Positions 50,984 through 64,000 of a stretch of 64,000 nucleotides of DNA are shown in pieces. Numbering within the stretch: the first letter of the stretch is position 1; each line of letters begins with the position of its first letter. The DNA lies in assembly GCA_964016885.1 (NCBI GenBank), contig OZ024746.1, positions 18,352,001-18,416,000 on the forward strand. Direction: 5' to 3'. The translations under genes and the position numbers were made by a program. The notes under the pieces are model-generated. The model was not told the DNA's origin. It searched no databases and saw only the letters and a list, made by a program, of their open reading frames with translations. The stretch comes from Eledone cirrhosa (taxonomy: Eukaryota).

Positions 50984-53900
50984 TCATCATCAGCATCATC
51001 ATCATACGTCCGCTTTTCCCTGCTTGCAAGGGCTGGACGGGCCCTATTCAACACAGCATCTCTCCACATGTCACAGACCTTCGTCATCGCCTCGGTTAGT
51101 TTCAGTGATCTGCTCTCACCACCTCCGCCCATGTTTTACGTAGTCTATCTCTACTGTGTCTTCCTTCTACTGGGATTTCTTGGCACTTCTTTACCCAGAG
51201 GTCATCCTCCATGCACATCACATGTCCATACCATCTCAGCCTTCTCTCTTGCACACCACAACTTATCCCTCTTATACCCAGTTTCTTTCTCAACTCATCT
51301 ATGCTTGGTCGTTCACACACATTGACATTCCACATCCAACGGAGCATACTTGTTTCATTTCTCTCCAGCCGTCGCATATCTTCTGCAGTTGCTGCCCATG
51401 TCTCACTACCATGCAGCATTGCGCGTCTCACACAGGCATCATATAACCATCCTTTCGTACGCAGGGAGAAACCCTTCTTTGTCAACAAAGGAAGCAGCTC
51501 CCTAAACTTCTTCCAACCCGTCCTTATTCTAGATACTATGGCCTCGGAACACCCTCCTCCTATGCTAATCTGATCACCTAGGTATCGGAAGCTATCAACC
51601 ACTTCTATAGAACCCACCTGCATTGGAAAAATGTGTCTATCACAGAGATTACTACTGCCAACTTTCCCTGTACATCTACTGCATACGTAGTTTGCCTGCT
51701 ATCCCACTACATCTCTTGTGTATCCAAGATCTGCATTGCGTACATTTTATGGAATTTATGCCAGTTCTTTTCCTACATATCGAACATGGCCATTACCCTG
51801 ATGGAATCAGAGTATTGTCCTCTCTTCTATTTATCAACACTTTTGTTTTAGCTATGTTCACTCTCAGGCCTCTTGATTCCAACTGCTGTTTCCATAGCCA
51901 GAATTTATTCTTTAGCTCTTCTACTCATTCTGCTATAAGAACCACATCATCAGCATCGAGAAGTTCCCATGGACAGCCAGTCTTAAACTCCTCTGTTATG
52001 GCTTGGAGGACTATAATGAACAAGAGTGAGCTGAGGACAGAACCTTGATGTACACCTACTTGTATCTGGAATTCCTCACTAAACTCCATTCCTATTCTCA
52101 CTTTACTGACAGCACCCCTGTACATAGCTTGCACTGTCCTCACAAGCCATTCCTCTACACCTAGTTTCCTTAGGGACCACCAGATGAGAGATCGGGGTAC
52201 CCTATCAAATGCCTTCTCTAGGTCAACAAAAGCTAAGTGTAGTGGCTTATTCTTCTCTAAAAACCTCTCTTGTAGTTGCCTCACTATGAAGAGGGCATCT
52301 GTTGTACTTTTCCGAGGCACAAAACCAAACTGCATCTCATCTAAATTGACCCTTTCTCTAATCAGTTGCGCTATTATTCTCTCTGCCACTTCCATAACCT
52401 GATCCGTCAGCTTTATGCCCCTATAATTGCTCCTCTCTAGAGCATCCCCTTTACCTTTGTAACAATTTATGAGAATACTGTTGCACCACTCTTTGGGTAT
52501 GACACCACCATATATAGCTTGATTAATGATGCGTGCAACTAGTTTAGTGCCTACTTGTCCTGAAGCCTTCAGCATCTCAGCAACTATCCCCGACGGCCCA
52601 GCAGCCTTACCATTCTTCATTTCCTTAATTGCCTCTTGTACCCTATATTCGTCAATCTCAATAGATGGTCCCTCTGTTGGGTCTACTGGGGGTAATTTCT
52701 CTCTCTCCCATTCGTTCTCCACATTCATCAGTCTCTCATAATGACATTTCCAGGCCTCCTTCTTTTGATCATTCGTGACACTAAGTACACCGGCATCATT
52801 CCAGACGCACTTATCTCCAACAACATCCTAATTTGCACTGACACACTGCCTTGCAATGCGGAACACCACACGTCTCTGATCTTCTCGTTGCAGAACATTG
52901 GCAAACCTCCTACTCTCAGCCTCCCTGCATGCTAAGTACACCTTACTTCTAGCTTCTCTCTTAGCAGCTGTGTATCCGTCTCTACTCCCACCATTTCTCC
53001 AAGCTTTCCATGCCAGCTTTTTGTCTCTAATGGCCCTATCTACCATGCTGTTCCACCACCAGGTCACTCTCTGTCTGGTGGAAGCTCTGTCCCAACCACA
53101 AGTTTCTTCAGTAGCCTGCAGTAAGTTGTCAAGCAAGAAATTCCAGTTATCATCTATGTCATACAATTCTAATTTGTCTTCTTTTTCGTTGTACGTATCT
53201 TGAAGGGCTTTGCTAAGTTTATATTTTAATGAAAGGTCTTTTAGCTTCCAGACCTTTCTTTTCCACACCTTCCTGTATGTCTCATTCTTTCTCTTGCTTA
53301 CTGAGATGTCACTAATGACTAACCTATGATGTGGGGTACATTCTTCCCCAGGGTAAGCCTTAGTATTTGACACCATCCGTCTGTCTTGCTGTCTAACTAG
53401 CAGGAAGTCAATCTGGCTTATGTGCTTGCCTGATTTGTAGGTTATTAGGTGGTTGGTAGGCTTCTGGAAGTTAGTGTTGCAAATGGTTAGTGCATTTGCA
53501 TCACAAAATTCAAGAAGCCTCACTCCTTCTTCATTTCTTGAGCTGTAACCATGCCAACCATGTACCACAGTATATCCATCCTGGAGCTGCCCAACATGTC
53601 CATTGAAGTCCCCTGCTAGCATAATGATGTCACTGTCCTCTGTCATTGAGGCTGTCTGTAAAAGTTGCCAGTAAAAGCCATCTTTCTCTTCTTTACCTAG
53701 GCCTGCTTGGGGAGCATAGGCAGAGATGATTGTCAGTAGTCTCTTGCCTACAACTAATCTAAGCTTAATTATTCTATTACTAACTCTAACTACCTCTATT
53801 GTCTTATTGATCCATCTCTCATCCAGTAATATGCCCACCCCACCTAACCCATCATCATTACCCACCCAGAAAACCTTATAACTACGATGTTTGCCTGCGA

Positions 53901-54280
53901 TATAGTCTTGCAGAGGCACCTCTCCATCGCACCTCTTGCACACAGCACACATCCACATGCTTTCTCTCCAGCATCTCCACTATCTCACCAGATCTACCTG
54001 TTAGAGTGCCAACATTAAGTGTGTCAACTCTGAGATGCGACATCCTGTTCTTTTTCCTGTTGTGCGATTGCTTGATGACGGTCGTGGGGTTCTCACACAT
54101 GGCCGCACTACCGTGTGCAGCCTCAATATGGTTAGTGTTATTGCTGTTTATACAGTTGTTTTTGTGCGATTGCTTGATGACGGTCGGGGGTTCTCACATA
54201 TGGCCACACTAGCCACCCCACTACCGTGCGCAGCCCTAACATGGTTAGTGTCATTGCTGTTGACGCAGTTGTTGCAATTC
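50984..54280 (-). mobile_element. Near full-length but inactivated RTE-clade LINE (APE endonuclease + RT + C-terminus) in HACE1 intron 16
   Basis: TLNVGTL, VQEVRW, SAYAP, GDFNGHVG, QIDF, RT motifs; frameshifts, YADD changed to DADD followed by a stop; about 100-bp tandem duplication in the 5' leader. Confidence 0.95.
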
Positions 54281-54411
54281 TTATATATATATATATAAAT
54301 AGTTATAGTTATAAATAATGATGTTTCTTATGTGTCCAGACTTAAGGGACACCCTATACATTTTTTTTTAAAGGTTCCCAGACTAATTTGCATATTTTTT
54401 CTTCCTTTCAG

Positions 54412-54509
54412 AGCGTGTCTTTGACAGTAGTTGTGAGATGCTGCACAAAATAAATTCAGTCAAATTGAAGAAAAATATCTCTGTAAAATTTGAAGGAGAA
54501 AAAGGAATG
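54412..54509 (+). CDS. HACE1: HACE1 coding exon 17 (HECT start)
   Basis: (Q)RVFDSSCEMLHKINSVKLKKNISVKFEGEKGM. Confidence 0.95.
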
Positions 54510-54649
54510 GTAAATATAGAAACATATTTTGAAAAGGCTATGAATTTATTATCATTGTCGAGTGTTGCGGTTGAAATAATTCCTTGCCCATAATTTGGTG
54601 CTTTGTGTCAATGTTAGAAATCATAAGTATTATTCCTTTAATAATGTTA

Positions 54650-55125
54650 TTCTTCTTCTTCACCCATTTATTCCTGGGAGAGTCCTTGGGGCAGAGTTTC
54701 AGACACTCCTTCCAGCAGATCCTATGAGAAGCAACCATCTCCAATTGATTCAGCTGGATCCCCAAGTGATACTAGCTAAATTCATGGATGTTATCCAATC
54801 ATCTTGCTCAGGGTCCACCACAGGGCCTCCTGCTGGTTGGTTTGGTCTGTAAAATCTGTCCAGTGATTCTTTCATGAGATATTCTAACGACATGTCTGTA
54901 ATATCGGAGCTGTGATTTCTCAATTCAGAGAAGTAGCGCCTCTACTTAGAGTGACTCTCTGATCTCCAAACTACGGACTCGTAATGTTACTCCAAAGACT
55001 CTTTGGAAGAAGTACATTTCGGTTGCTTGTATGCAAGATCATATTCTTTCAGTCATTACCCACAATTCATGACCATAGGTAACGGTTGGCATGAATACCA
55101 GATTGAAGATATTGAGTTTGGCTTT
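54650..55125 (-). mobile_element. LINE (RTE-like) 3' fragment; related copy at about 62710-63100
   Basis: Mutual similarity and RP.G.P.RW.D.I homology. Confidence 0.65.
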
Positions 55126-55695
55126 TACATCTACCTCCCTTCTTCTGTTTACCGAATGCTGTTGATGGTAAAGAATGTTCCTGACCCAGCTTAATACCTT
55201 GTGGTATTTACTGTTACATTATTAGTCTGAAATGCTAGGTTCAATTCCTCCTATGGACATAAATGGCCTAACTTTTACCACCATTACCATCATTTTATCC
55301 AGCTCACTTTTATAATACAGTTTTATATTATCTGTGAAGCTGCATGGTCCAGTGGTTAGGACGTTTGATGTATGATTGTAATGTCATCAGTTCCTGAACA
55401 AAACAGTTGAGTTCTTGAGAAAAACATTTTATTTCACATTTCTCCAGTACCCTCAACTGAGAATACATACTAGCAGTAGCTGGGGAGTTGAACCTGTGAT
55501 TGACTGTCGTCCTGTTTAGTGGGGAGTTTTGTACTCTCAGTTGCTTAAAGCCAAGGAAACTGGGGATAAGCACCAACCTGGTGAGCCTTCAGCTTGGAAC
55601 AGACTTTAACTTTACTAACTTTAACTATGTTAGATCAAACTATGAACTTTATAGAAGTTCTAAAATGTCAAATTATTCATTTCTGATAATACATC

Positions 55696-55910
55696 CAGTG
55701 CTGAACTCACCTATAAGCTAAATAAGCTATAGCTTAGGGCTACACACCCTTGGGCGTCTCATTTAAAAAAATATATTTTTATTCAACCCTAGTTTTTTAT
55801 TTTACTCTTTAACATTAAATCATATATATATAATTTTGTAATCATTAATAAATTTCTTTAGAGAAGGCCTCAAATTTCATATACCTCAGCAGGTAAAAGT
55901 CCAGCCTTGA
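55696..55910. mobile_element. hAT-like MITE; a homologous copy is split at about 23050-23170 and 24670-24780
   Basis: CAGTGCTGAACT start; internal similarity to the reverse complement of both split halves. Confidence 0.6.
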
Positions 55911-55988
55911 ATATGTCTCATTCAGAGATATCTTAGCAGAGAAATCTATCTTTTCAACAAGTTCTTTCTTTTTCCTATCAATTTCTAG

Positions 55989-56076
55989 GGATTTGGAGTT
56001 GTAAGAGAATGGTTTGATGTTTTATCTAAAGAAATCCTCAACCCAGATTATGCATTATTTACACAATCTACGGATG
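55989..56076 (+). CDS. HACE1: HACE1 coding exon 18
   Basis: [29 protein letters not shown](G); HECT motif. Confidence 0.97.
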
Positions 56077-56736
56077 GTAAGTATTGCAAAAATGAATTTC
56101 CAAGTAAAATTTCTTAATTTTTATAACTCAGTAAAATATGACTAAAAAGGCAGCAAATTGGCAGAATCGTTAGAATGTTGGATAGAATGCTTTGCAGTAT
56201 TTGTTTTGGCTCTCTTCTCTCTGAATTCCAATCCCGCCAAGGTCAACTTTACCTTTCATCCTTCTGAGATCGATAAAAAAAAAAAAAAAAAAAAGAACCA
56301 GTCTAGTACTGGGGTCTGTTCTTCCTCTATATAACTTTCTCACTTTCTATCTTTCTTTGGAAGAAATCTGCTGTTTACTCCTGATGAAGTCGTAGAGGCG
56401 CTGTATTGACATACAGCATTCCTTAGTCATTTTAAGTTACACAAATACAATAGCACTGTTAAATTATTTTGCTTGTTACCCACATTCATCATCATCATCA
56501 TCACCACCACCACCACAAAATCATATCTACCATACTCAGAAAGAATGTGAACCCCAATGGGGCAAATTTTTTAGTTTTGAAATTCAAAATTATTTATTGA
56601 AAAATACAATATGTATTTCTTGTAGTTGTAACAAAAATAATTATTATTGCAAACAATCTTTTAGGGTTAGTGTAAGGATTAATAATTTGGTAATTTGCAT
56701 TTTTTTGTCATAGTAATTAGTTGTCTTTTATTATAG

Positions 56737-56886
56737 GTTGCACATTCCAGCCAAACAGCAACTCATCCATTAATCCTGACCATCTGAATTACTTCCGTTT
56801 TGCTGGACATATCCTTGGTTTAGCCCTGTATCATAGGCAACTTCTAAATATTTACTTCACACGATCATTCTATAAGCATATTTTAG
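56737..56886 (+). CDS. HACE1: HACE1 coding exon 19
   Basis: [49 protein letters not shown]. Confidence 0.97.
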
Positions 56887-57304
56887 GTAAGTAAGCCTAT
56901 ACTTGGTACCTTAATAGCAAATGTATAAGTGTACATAAATATATTATATATGTATAAGTGTACATAAATGCGTTAGCAAATGTATAAGCATTTGTATAAG
57001 TGTACATAAATATATTGTATATATGTATATGTTATACACAAATATATTGTATATGTATATACAAACACATTGTATATCTATGCACAAATACATTGTACAC
57101 AATGTGTTAATGACTCTTCCATGATGTAAGTTATGATCTTAGTAATGAAATAATAATTTTAGTAAATACAGAAACATTATCCTCTAAGTTTAATTGTTTA
57201 AACACATTGTAATTATTTTAAGTGGAAATAGATGTAATAATTTATACATCTACAACTGTTAGTCATTAATATGAAAGCAATTAAACTGTTGGAAAAAAGT
57301 GTTA

Positions 57305-57460
57305 AAGAAGAGGATAAGGGTAAAAGTAAAGATTTATGAAATACAGTTTGGATTTGTGCTGGGGAAAAGAAACAACTGATGCAATTTTTATTGTGAAGCA
57401 GTTACAGAAGATGTTCTGGGACAAGAGGTAGAATTTATTTTGGGGGTTTGTTGATATACC
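57305..57460 (+). mobile_element. RTE RT fragment
   Basis: EIQFGFV.GK..TDAIFIVKQLQ. Confidence 0.7.
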
Positions 57461-57516
57461 TAGGAATAATTATTCATGTTGCAATGGTTATGAATATTAT
57501 TATTTCCAAAACCTAG

Positions 57517-57578
57517 GAATTCCTGTAAGTTACAAAGATGTTTCTTCCATTGACCCGGAATATGCAAAGAATCTACAG
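57517..57578 (+). CDS. HACE1: HACE1 coding exon 20
   Basis: (G)IPVSYKDVSSIDPEYAKNLQ. Confidence 0.96.
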
Positions 57579-58385
57579 GTAAGACTTAAAATAATAATAA
57601 TGTTTTGTAACATCAACACAAAATTACACATTTGCAAGGAAGGGTGTAGTTGTTTTAATCAGTCCTAGTATTTATTTTATTGACTTCAAAGAATGAAAGG
57701 CAAAATATCAAAATATCCTGATCATGGTCATATACTTCTTATTTACAAAAGGAATTACTCTTGAACCTTTGGCCCTAAAGGGCAACTTCGTATTTTAAAA
57801 TCTATGGGGTTGGGTGGAGGGGTAATTTTCCATTGTTCTCTCATCACATTGCAAAATATGGTACCAATGGAGGAAGTGGGAAGAAAGTTGTCATCAAGTC
57901 TCTCTCTTTCAATAACAGCAATTTTTCTGCATTGACGGCCAGTGCCTGCCACCACCACAACCACTGCAATTATTAGTTTCTTCAAGTACCACTTGAAGAG
58001 GAAAGTGAGGGTGAAGAGTGTTCCATAAAAGGTGGGTGAGAGCAGTAAAATTGATGTGGCTGAATAAGCCTACTCTCATTATGCTTTTCTAAGATAGGAA
58101 TAAACTGGGAGAGGGCACTTTCAATGTCTTTGGTGATACAAAGGAAGTCAGGACTTTAATGATGGTGGTGGTGGTGGGGTTCCCCTTGAATTACCCTTGG
58201 TAGTTTTCCTTTTATTGTTTTGTTTTGTTTTTTGTTAGAAATGTATTATATTGTTTTTGTTGATTTCAAACCCTTTTACTCAGTGTAAACCTCACTTTGT
58301 ATTGTTTCCAACATGTTGGATCCTTGTGGCCATTAAAAGAAATAACCATTATTATTATTACTATTACTGCTTCTACTATGTCCAG

Positions 58386-58520
58386 TGGTTACTTGATCAT
58401 GAAATCAACAACTTAGGATTGAACCTAACATTCTCAGTGCAAACAGACGTCTTTGGTATGCTACAAGAAATTGATCTGAAGCCAGGTGGCAGTAAATTGA
58501 TAGTCAATGACAACAATAAG
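58386..58520 (+). CDS. HACE1: HACE1 coding exon 21
   Basis: WLLDHEINNLGLNLTFSVQTDVFGMLQEIDLKPGGSKLIVNDNNK. Confidence 0.97.
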
Positions 58521-58543
58521 GTAAGTGATGCTTATTAAGAATT

Positions 58544-59553
58544 ACAATGTTAGCAGCATATACAGGGTACAATGTTAGCAACATATACAGGGTACAATGT
58601 TAGCAACATATACAGGGTACAGTATTAGCAACATATACAGGGTACAGTGTTAGCAACATATACAGGGTACAGTATTAGCAACATATACAGGGTACAATGT
58701 TAGCAACATATACAGGGTACAGTATTAGCAACATATACAGGGTACAATGTTAGCAACATATACAGGGTACAGTATTAGCAACATATACAGGGTACAATGT
58801 TAGCAACATATACAGGGTACAGTATTAGCAACATATACAGGGTACAATGTTAGCAACATATACAGGGTACAGTATTAGCAACATATACAGAGTACAATGT
58901 TAGCAACATATACAGGGTACAGTATTAGCAACATATACAGGGTACAATTTTAGCAACATATACAGGGTACAATGTTAGCAACACATACAGGGTACAATGT
59001 TAGCAACATATACAGGGTACAGTATTAGCAACATATACAGGGTACAATGTTAGCAACATATACAGGGTACAGTATTAGCAACATATACAGGGTACAATGT
59101 TAGCAACACATACAGGGTACAATTTTAGCAACATATACAGGGTACAATGTTAGCAACACATACAGGGTACAATGTTAGCAACACATACAGGGTACAGTAT
59201 TAGCAACATATACAGGGTACAATTTTAGCAACATATACAGGGTACAGTATTAGCAACATATACAGGGTACAGTATTAGCAACATATACAGGGTACAATGT
59301 TAGCAGCACATACAGGGTACAATGTTAGCAGCACATACAGGGTACAGTATTAGCAACACATACAGGGTACAATGTTAGCAACATATACAGGGTACAATGT
59401 TAGCAACATATACAGGGTACAGTATTAGCAACACATACAGGGTACAGTATTAGCAACATATACAGGGTACAATGTTAGCAACACATACAGGGTACAGTAT
59501 TAGCAACATATACAGGGTACAATTTTAGCAACATATACAGGGTACAATGTTAG
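58544..59553. repeat. 25-bp minisatellite, about 40 copies
   Basis: Unit TACAGGGTACA(ATG/GTA/ATT)TTAGCAACA(T/C)A. Confidence 0.97.
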
Positions 59554-59714
59554 ACAATTAAAGCAGAAATTGTTTTGGTTTCATCTTTGATAGAGTTTTC
59601 ACTTCTTAACCAAAATATCCATTATTAAATTTTCATGTCAGTTTTACAATACATTAAAAATGTATTTCTTGATTGATTTATAAGCTTACGTGTACGTGCT
59701 GATTATAATTTCAG

Positions 59715-59846
59715 CACGAGTATGTCCAGTTAGTAACGGAACTGAGGATGACTAAAGCAATTCAACCCCAAATTAACAGTTTCCTACTGGGCTTTCATGA
59801 ATACATTCCACAGTCACTGGTTCAAATGTTTAATGAATATGAATTG
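59715..59846 (+). CDS. HACE1: HACE1 coding exon 22
   Basis: [44 protein letters not shown]. Confidence 0.97.
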
Positions 59847-60565
59847 GTGAGTTAGACACTTTTTTAAGAAAATCAATAATTTCATAATTTATATTTTTAA
59901 ATCATCATCAACATTTTAACGTCCACTTTCCTTGCTAGAAAGGGTTGGATAGGTCTATATAGACCAAATCAGTACTGAAGTGGGGCTACTGATCTCCCAG
60001 ATTGGCTGAAGGGTCTGCATCTTACTTATGTATGGTCTCATGTTTTACTGAGTGCACAGGAAAAGTTGTCATGTCTTTTGACACAAACTGAAGGATCTTC
60101 CCAACCCTTTGTTTGACAAACTTTCTATGGATGGATGCCCTTCCTTTCACCGACCACTTTACAGCATGTACTGGGTATGTTTATTGTGTAGGTCACCTAC
60201 ATTAGGGAGGCTGTCATATCCTTCACATGACTGAAGCTGGATACCCTTCTCATCACAAACACTAGGGAGGCTGACATTTCTTTGACATGACTCAAGGGTC
60301 CTCCAAACCTTTGTTTGGCAAATGTGTTTTTTTTTTTCAGTTTACTGGAAAATATTTTGGTATTAATGTGATTTTATGAAGTACAATATTTCTACCTGGT
60401 TTTCTGTTAATAATTATTAAACTTTGATTTTTCAATGGAGTGTTAATCCTATCTGGGGTACTTCAGTGAAATGAAGCCCTTGCATCTGGTCCTATTAGGG
60501 ATCTATCTGCATATTTGTATCTTTCTTTTTGTGCTTTACCTGATAACTCTCTTTTTCAAAACCAG

Positions 60566-60661
60566 GAGCTGATGTTATCTGGTCTTCCAACTATTGATCT
60601 ATATGACTGGAAAGAGAATACAGTCTACAGTACTTACAATAAGGATTCTCAAGTTATTAAA
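60566..60661 (+). CDS. HACE1: HACE1 coding exon 23
   Basis: ELMLSGLPTIDLYDWKENTVYSTYNKDSQVIK. Confidence 0.96.
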
Positions 60662-60680
60662 GTGAGTCATTTATCTTTAA

Positions 60681-60876
60681 CCCTTTAGCATTTACATTAC
60701 TCTACTATTATATTTTCATGGTAAAGGCTTTATCTCATATAATATGGAATCTATAAGACTTTGATGATGTTATTATTTATTTTGAGAATAATACTAATGT
60801 CAATATAAGTGGACAGTTATGACTGGTTTGAATAGAAAGAGGTGAGAGAATTCTGGCTGGTTTAAATGTTAAAGGG
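60681..60876. mobile_element. piggyBac-type MITE
   Basis: TTAA-CCCTTTAGCATTT ... AAATGTTAAAGGG-TTAA. Confidence 0.8.
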
Positions 60877-61055
60877 TTAACATAATCTATTGTCATTATC
60901 TTTAACTCTACTGTTGTTGTTAATAATATTGTTTTCTGGATAATTTAGGAACTGATTTAGGCATTTGCAAGTTCATTAATGGCAGATATATATATATGTA
61001 TATAACTTTCAAATATTGTTGTTTAGCAGCACTTAAGTATCTTTCTCTCTCTCTC

Positions 61056-61087
<32 letters not shown>

Positions 61088-61126
61088 TACAAACGCTTGA
61101 CATTCAAATACATATATTCATATTTT

Positions 61127-61485
61127 TACAGGGTGCATCAAAAAACCCCTCAGATTTTAATGGTTAACAAAAAGGCTATGGTAAATGCTATTCAAAATGT
61201 TAATCTAAAAATGCTTAGCATGCAGTTTATTTCTAACTGCTTTGGGTCTGACATAATAAATAAACCTCCCAAAGTCTGTTTAACAGACTTTGTTGTGGTC
61301 ATGGATTGCACAGGTGCACACCTGTACAAAGGTGTGCACTGTGTATTTGTTATTGAATCACTTATACAACACAACCAATCTGTGATTGCTATGCAGAGCT
61401 TTTTAAATTCATTTCATGCTTTGTTGACATGCTGCCATTCTGGACCATAAAAATATATCTGGGAGGTTTTTTGCTGCACTACGTA
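61127..61485. mobile_element. Tc1/mariner-derived non-autonomous element
   Basis: TACAGGGTGCATCAAAAAACC ... GGTTTTTTGCTGCACTACGTA imperfect TIRs. Confidence 0.6.
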
Positions 61486-63148
61486 TATACATGCATACGC
61501 ACCTATATACCTACATCTAAAGTCTAATCAAAATGGCTTCAACCCAAGTTGGGGAAGTAATATCTCTGCTTAAATTTTCCTTCAATCAGACAAATGTATT
61601 GCTTTTTCTCTCAATAACTTCAGCCTTATTTGCAACAAATTTTGTTACAAGCCTAATGGTGCTATTAGTAATCAGTCTTGTGGTACTTCAGTAAAAGGAA
61701 GCCCTTGTCTCCAGATTTGGAGTACTTCAGAAAAATGAAGCCCTTGCATCTGGTCCTATTAAGGATCTACCTGCTTATTTGTATCTTTCTTGTTGAGCTT
61801 TACCTAGTAACTCTTTGCTGAATTCTCGTATTTCACTTTCTTCATTCTGTCTGGCTCCTTTAGCTTCGCAGTAGTCTTAAGCAGTGACATTGTCTGCATT
61901 GCCAGCTTTCTCGCTCACAGCGTCCCTCTGATCCTTCCAAACTTCTGTGGGACATGTGGGCTATTTGATTCGGGTATTCGTTTCCTCCTACTTAAGGACA
62001 TTATTCAGTAACTCCATATGTAGTTTTATGATCGTTAAAGGCACCAATAAATTTGTTCTTTTCTATACCATGGTTCTGAGACAGTCATAGCTCTTCAATG
62101 TTACCTACAGTTAAGTTGCTCAGTAAGGATCTGGCAGCCAAATGCTTGGTTAATAACATGGTCTTTAATTCCTCAGTTTCATTCATTCTTCTATGCATTC
62201 TCTTCCTTAATGTGCTTCATCTGTGAGAGGAAAAGTTAGGGATATTTGCACAGATAGGGAATATATTTCTTGACTTATACACAAGTATATATGGTACTTC
62301 ACCATTAGGTGCAGATTTGTTTGTCATATTTCTCGGCTTATACTCAAGTATATAGGGTACTTCACTAATAAGCACAATTGCAGATATATGTGTGATAATC
62401 ACTTAGAGTTGAGGCCTCTGAATATATGAACTAATCTATCAAATAATTCAAAAGCTAGGGACCCAATCCAATGTTGGATAATATTACAATTAAAATTGTA
62501 AATATTTTACTTGCTAAATATTTATTCTTACTTGTATAAATTTTATCTTTTCAATATTGCCAATCAAGATTCATGGTTTGTCTTCTTTCTGTTTGATAGT
62601 TTTATATATTATGAAACAAGTTACCCAACGAATATGTTTATGAAGTTAGACAGATAGGCCATTTTGTTTGTTTTCAGTGTTAGTAATTGTTAATGTCAAA
62701 GTTGTCTTCTTCTCCCACTTATTCCCGAGATCCTAGGAGGGTTGTGGAGGAAGAGTCCTCAAACACTCCTTTTGATCCAGTTGAATCCCCTAATGAAACC
62801 AGCCAAGCTCAATGATGTTATCCAACCATCTTGCTTGAGGTCTATCCCTGGGTCCCCTGCTGTTTGGTTTTGCCCTTAAAATTTATCAGCTATTCTTTCC
62901 TGAGACATTCTTATCACATATCCATATTATCGAAACTGTGATCTGTCAATTCAGAGAAGTAGCAGCTCTCTGAGTTATGCACACTCCAAAAACCCTTTGT
63001 AGGAATGCCATTTTGGCTGCTTATAATCGCGATTGTATTCTTTCGTCATTACCAAAATTCGTGACCATATGTAAGGGTTGGCACGAATACTGAATTTCAA
63101 AGTCATTTAATATCTTCTTATCATTGATTGAATTGTTTTGTTTTCCAG

Positions 63149-63219
63149 TGGTTCTGGGATGTTCTTGAAGATATTACTGTACCAGAACGTATCATGCTGC
63201 TACAATTTGTAACTGGCAG
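63149..63219 (+). CDS. HACE1: HACE1 coding exon 24
   Basis: [23 protein letters not shown](S). Confidence 0.97.
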
Positions 63220-63701
63220 GTTTGTTCCACCCCCACTTCTACCTACTTCATATTTCGTTGTTTCTGATCAAAATACTTTGAAATATTTAGTTATGTTCTG
63301 AAATAAAATTTGCCTGTGCAAACTTTACAAAAAATGCTGAGGAGAGAGCAAATTTATTTGGCAACTGCGAGCATCAGAGATGCCTTGTGGTATTTATCCC
63401 ACCAAGATCAACTTTGCCTGTCATCTTTCAGAGGATCAATAAAATAAAGTACCAGTCAACCAATGGAGGTTAATTGCACTGTATAGATGTAGAGTAACCT
63501 CTTACAGTATCTTTTAAGTCAACTACTTCCACTTTATCACAATTGAACAATGTTGTTGAGGCTCTGGCAGCAAAGTTTGTCACATGACTATCATAAAATA
63601 CTATTTTAACTAATTGTGTAATTTGTGTATTCACTTCGTCTTTCTTTATTTTAGTTTTGTATATTCTTTACATTATATCTATTCACCTCATGTTATTTTA
63701 G

Positions 63702-63815
63702 TTCTCGTGTACCATACGGAGGATTTGCTAATCTAAATGGTGTCGGAACCACTCAGAAGTTTTCTGTAAATCATATGCCTTACACTCCTGGATGCTTACC
63801 AACTGCCAGCACCTG
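63702..63815 (+). CDS. HACE1: HACE1 coding exon 25; catalytic Cys codon split by the following intron, last exon outside the window
   Basis: SRVPYGGFANLNGVGTTQKFSVNHMPYTPGCLPTAST(C); TG|GTATGT. Confidence 0.96.
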
Positions 63816-64000
63816 GTATGTAGTTTTTTTCCACACCCTTTTTCTGCTACATCATATCATAACTTAAATGATTATGGGGGTCTTACTTGGGAATAGACCA
63901 AAAATAGTGGTTGTGGTTGGCAAATGCAGTAGAGTGACTCTAGAATATATCATGATTTCTTGCCAACCCTTAACATGGATGATGATGATGTAGTCACAGA

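Noticed and set aside
51925-53958. Long RT and endonuclease ORFs as an active or domesticated gene
   Set aside because: Frameshifts, a stop and YADD changed to DADD indicate a dead LINE copy
56381-56420. CTGATGAAGTC motif
   Set aside because: No matching GAAA or stems

Overview
Eukaryotic, AT-rich, microsatellite- and retroposon-dense genomic DNA. The repeat content (RTE LINEs, tRNA-derived CORE/Meta-type SINEs, (TA)n/(CAT)n tracts) suggests an octopus or other coleoid cephalopod; this is an inference. Two divergently transcribed genes are present. DENND5 (Rab6IP1-like) contributes its first coding exon on the minus strand (6583-6676). HACE1 (ankyrin + HECT E3 ubiquitin ligase) contributes 25 consecutive coding exons on the plus strand (20022-63815, 2750 nt, all GT-AG and phase-consistent; the last exon lies beyond the window). 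Most ORF-track entries are microsatellite noise or LINE/mariner debris. The most notable unannotated signal is a set of type I hammerhead ribozymes carried by at least three (probably four) unrelated short non-coding repeat families. These sit in (TA)n tracts and show terminal redundancy and fold-back inversions, resembling Penelope-like/retrozyme elements. One family shows clear base-pair covariation between copies, and another has the compensatory U3-A8 core variant. A 60-bp triplication also copies the HACE1 exon 15 splice donor in frame.
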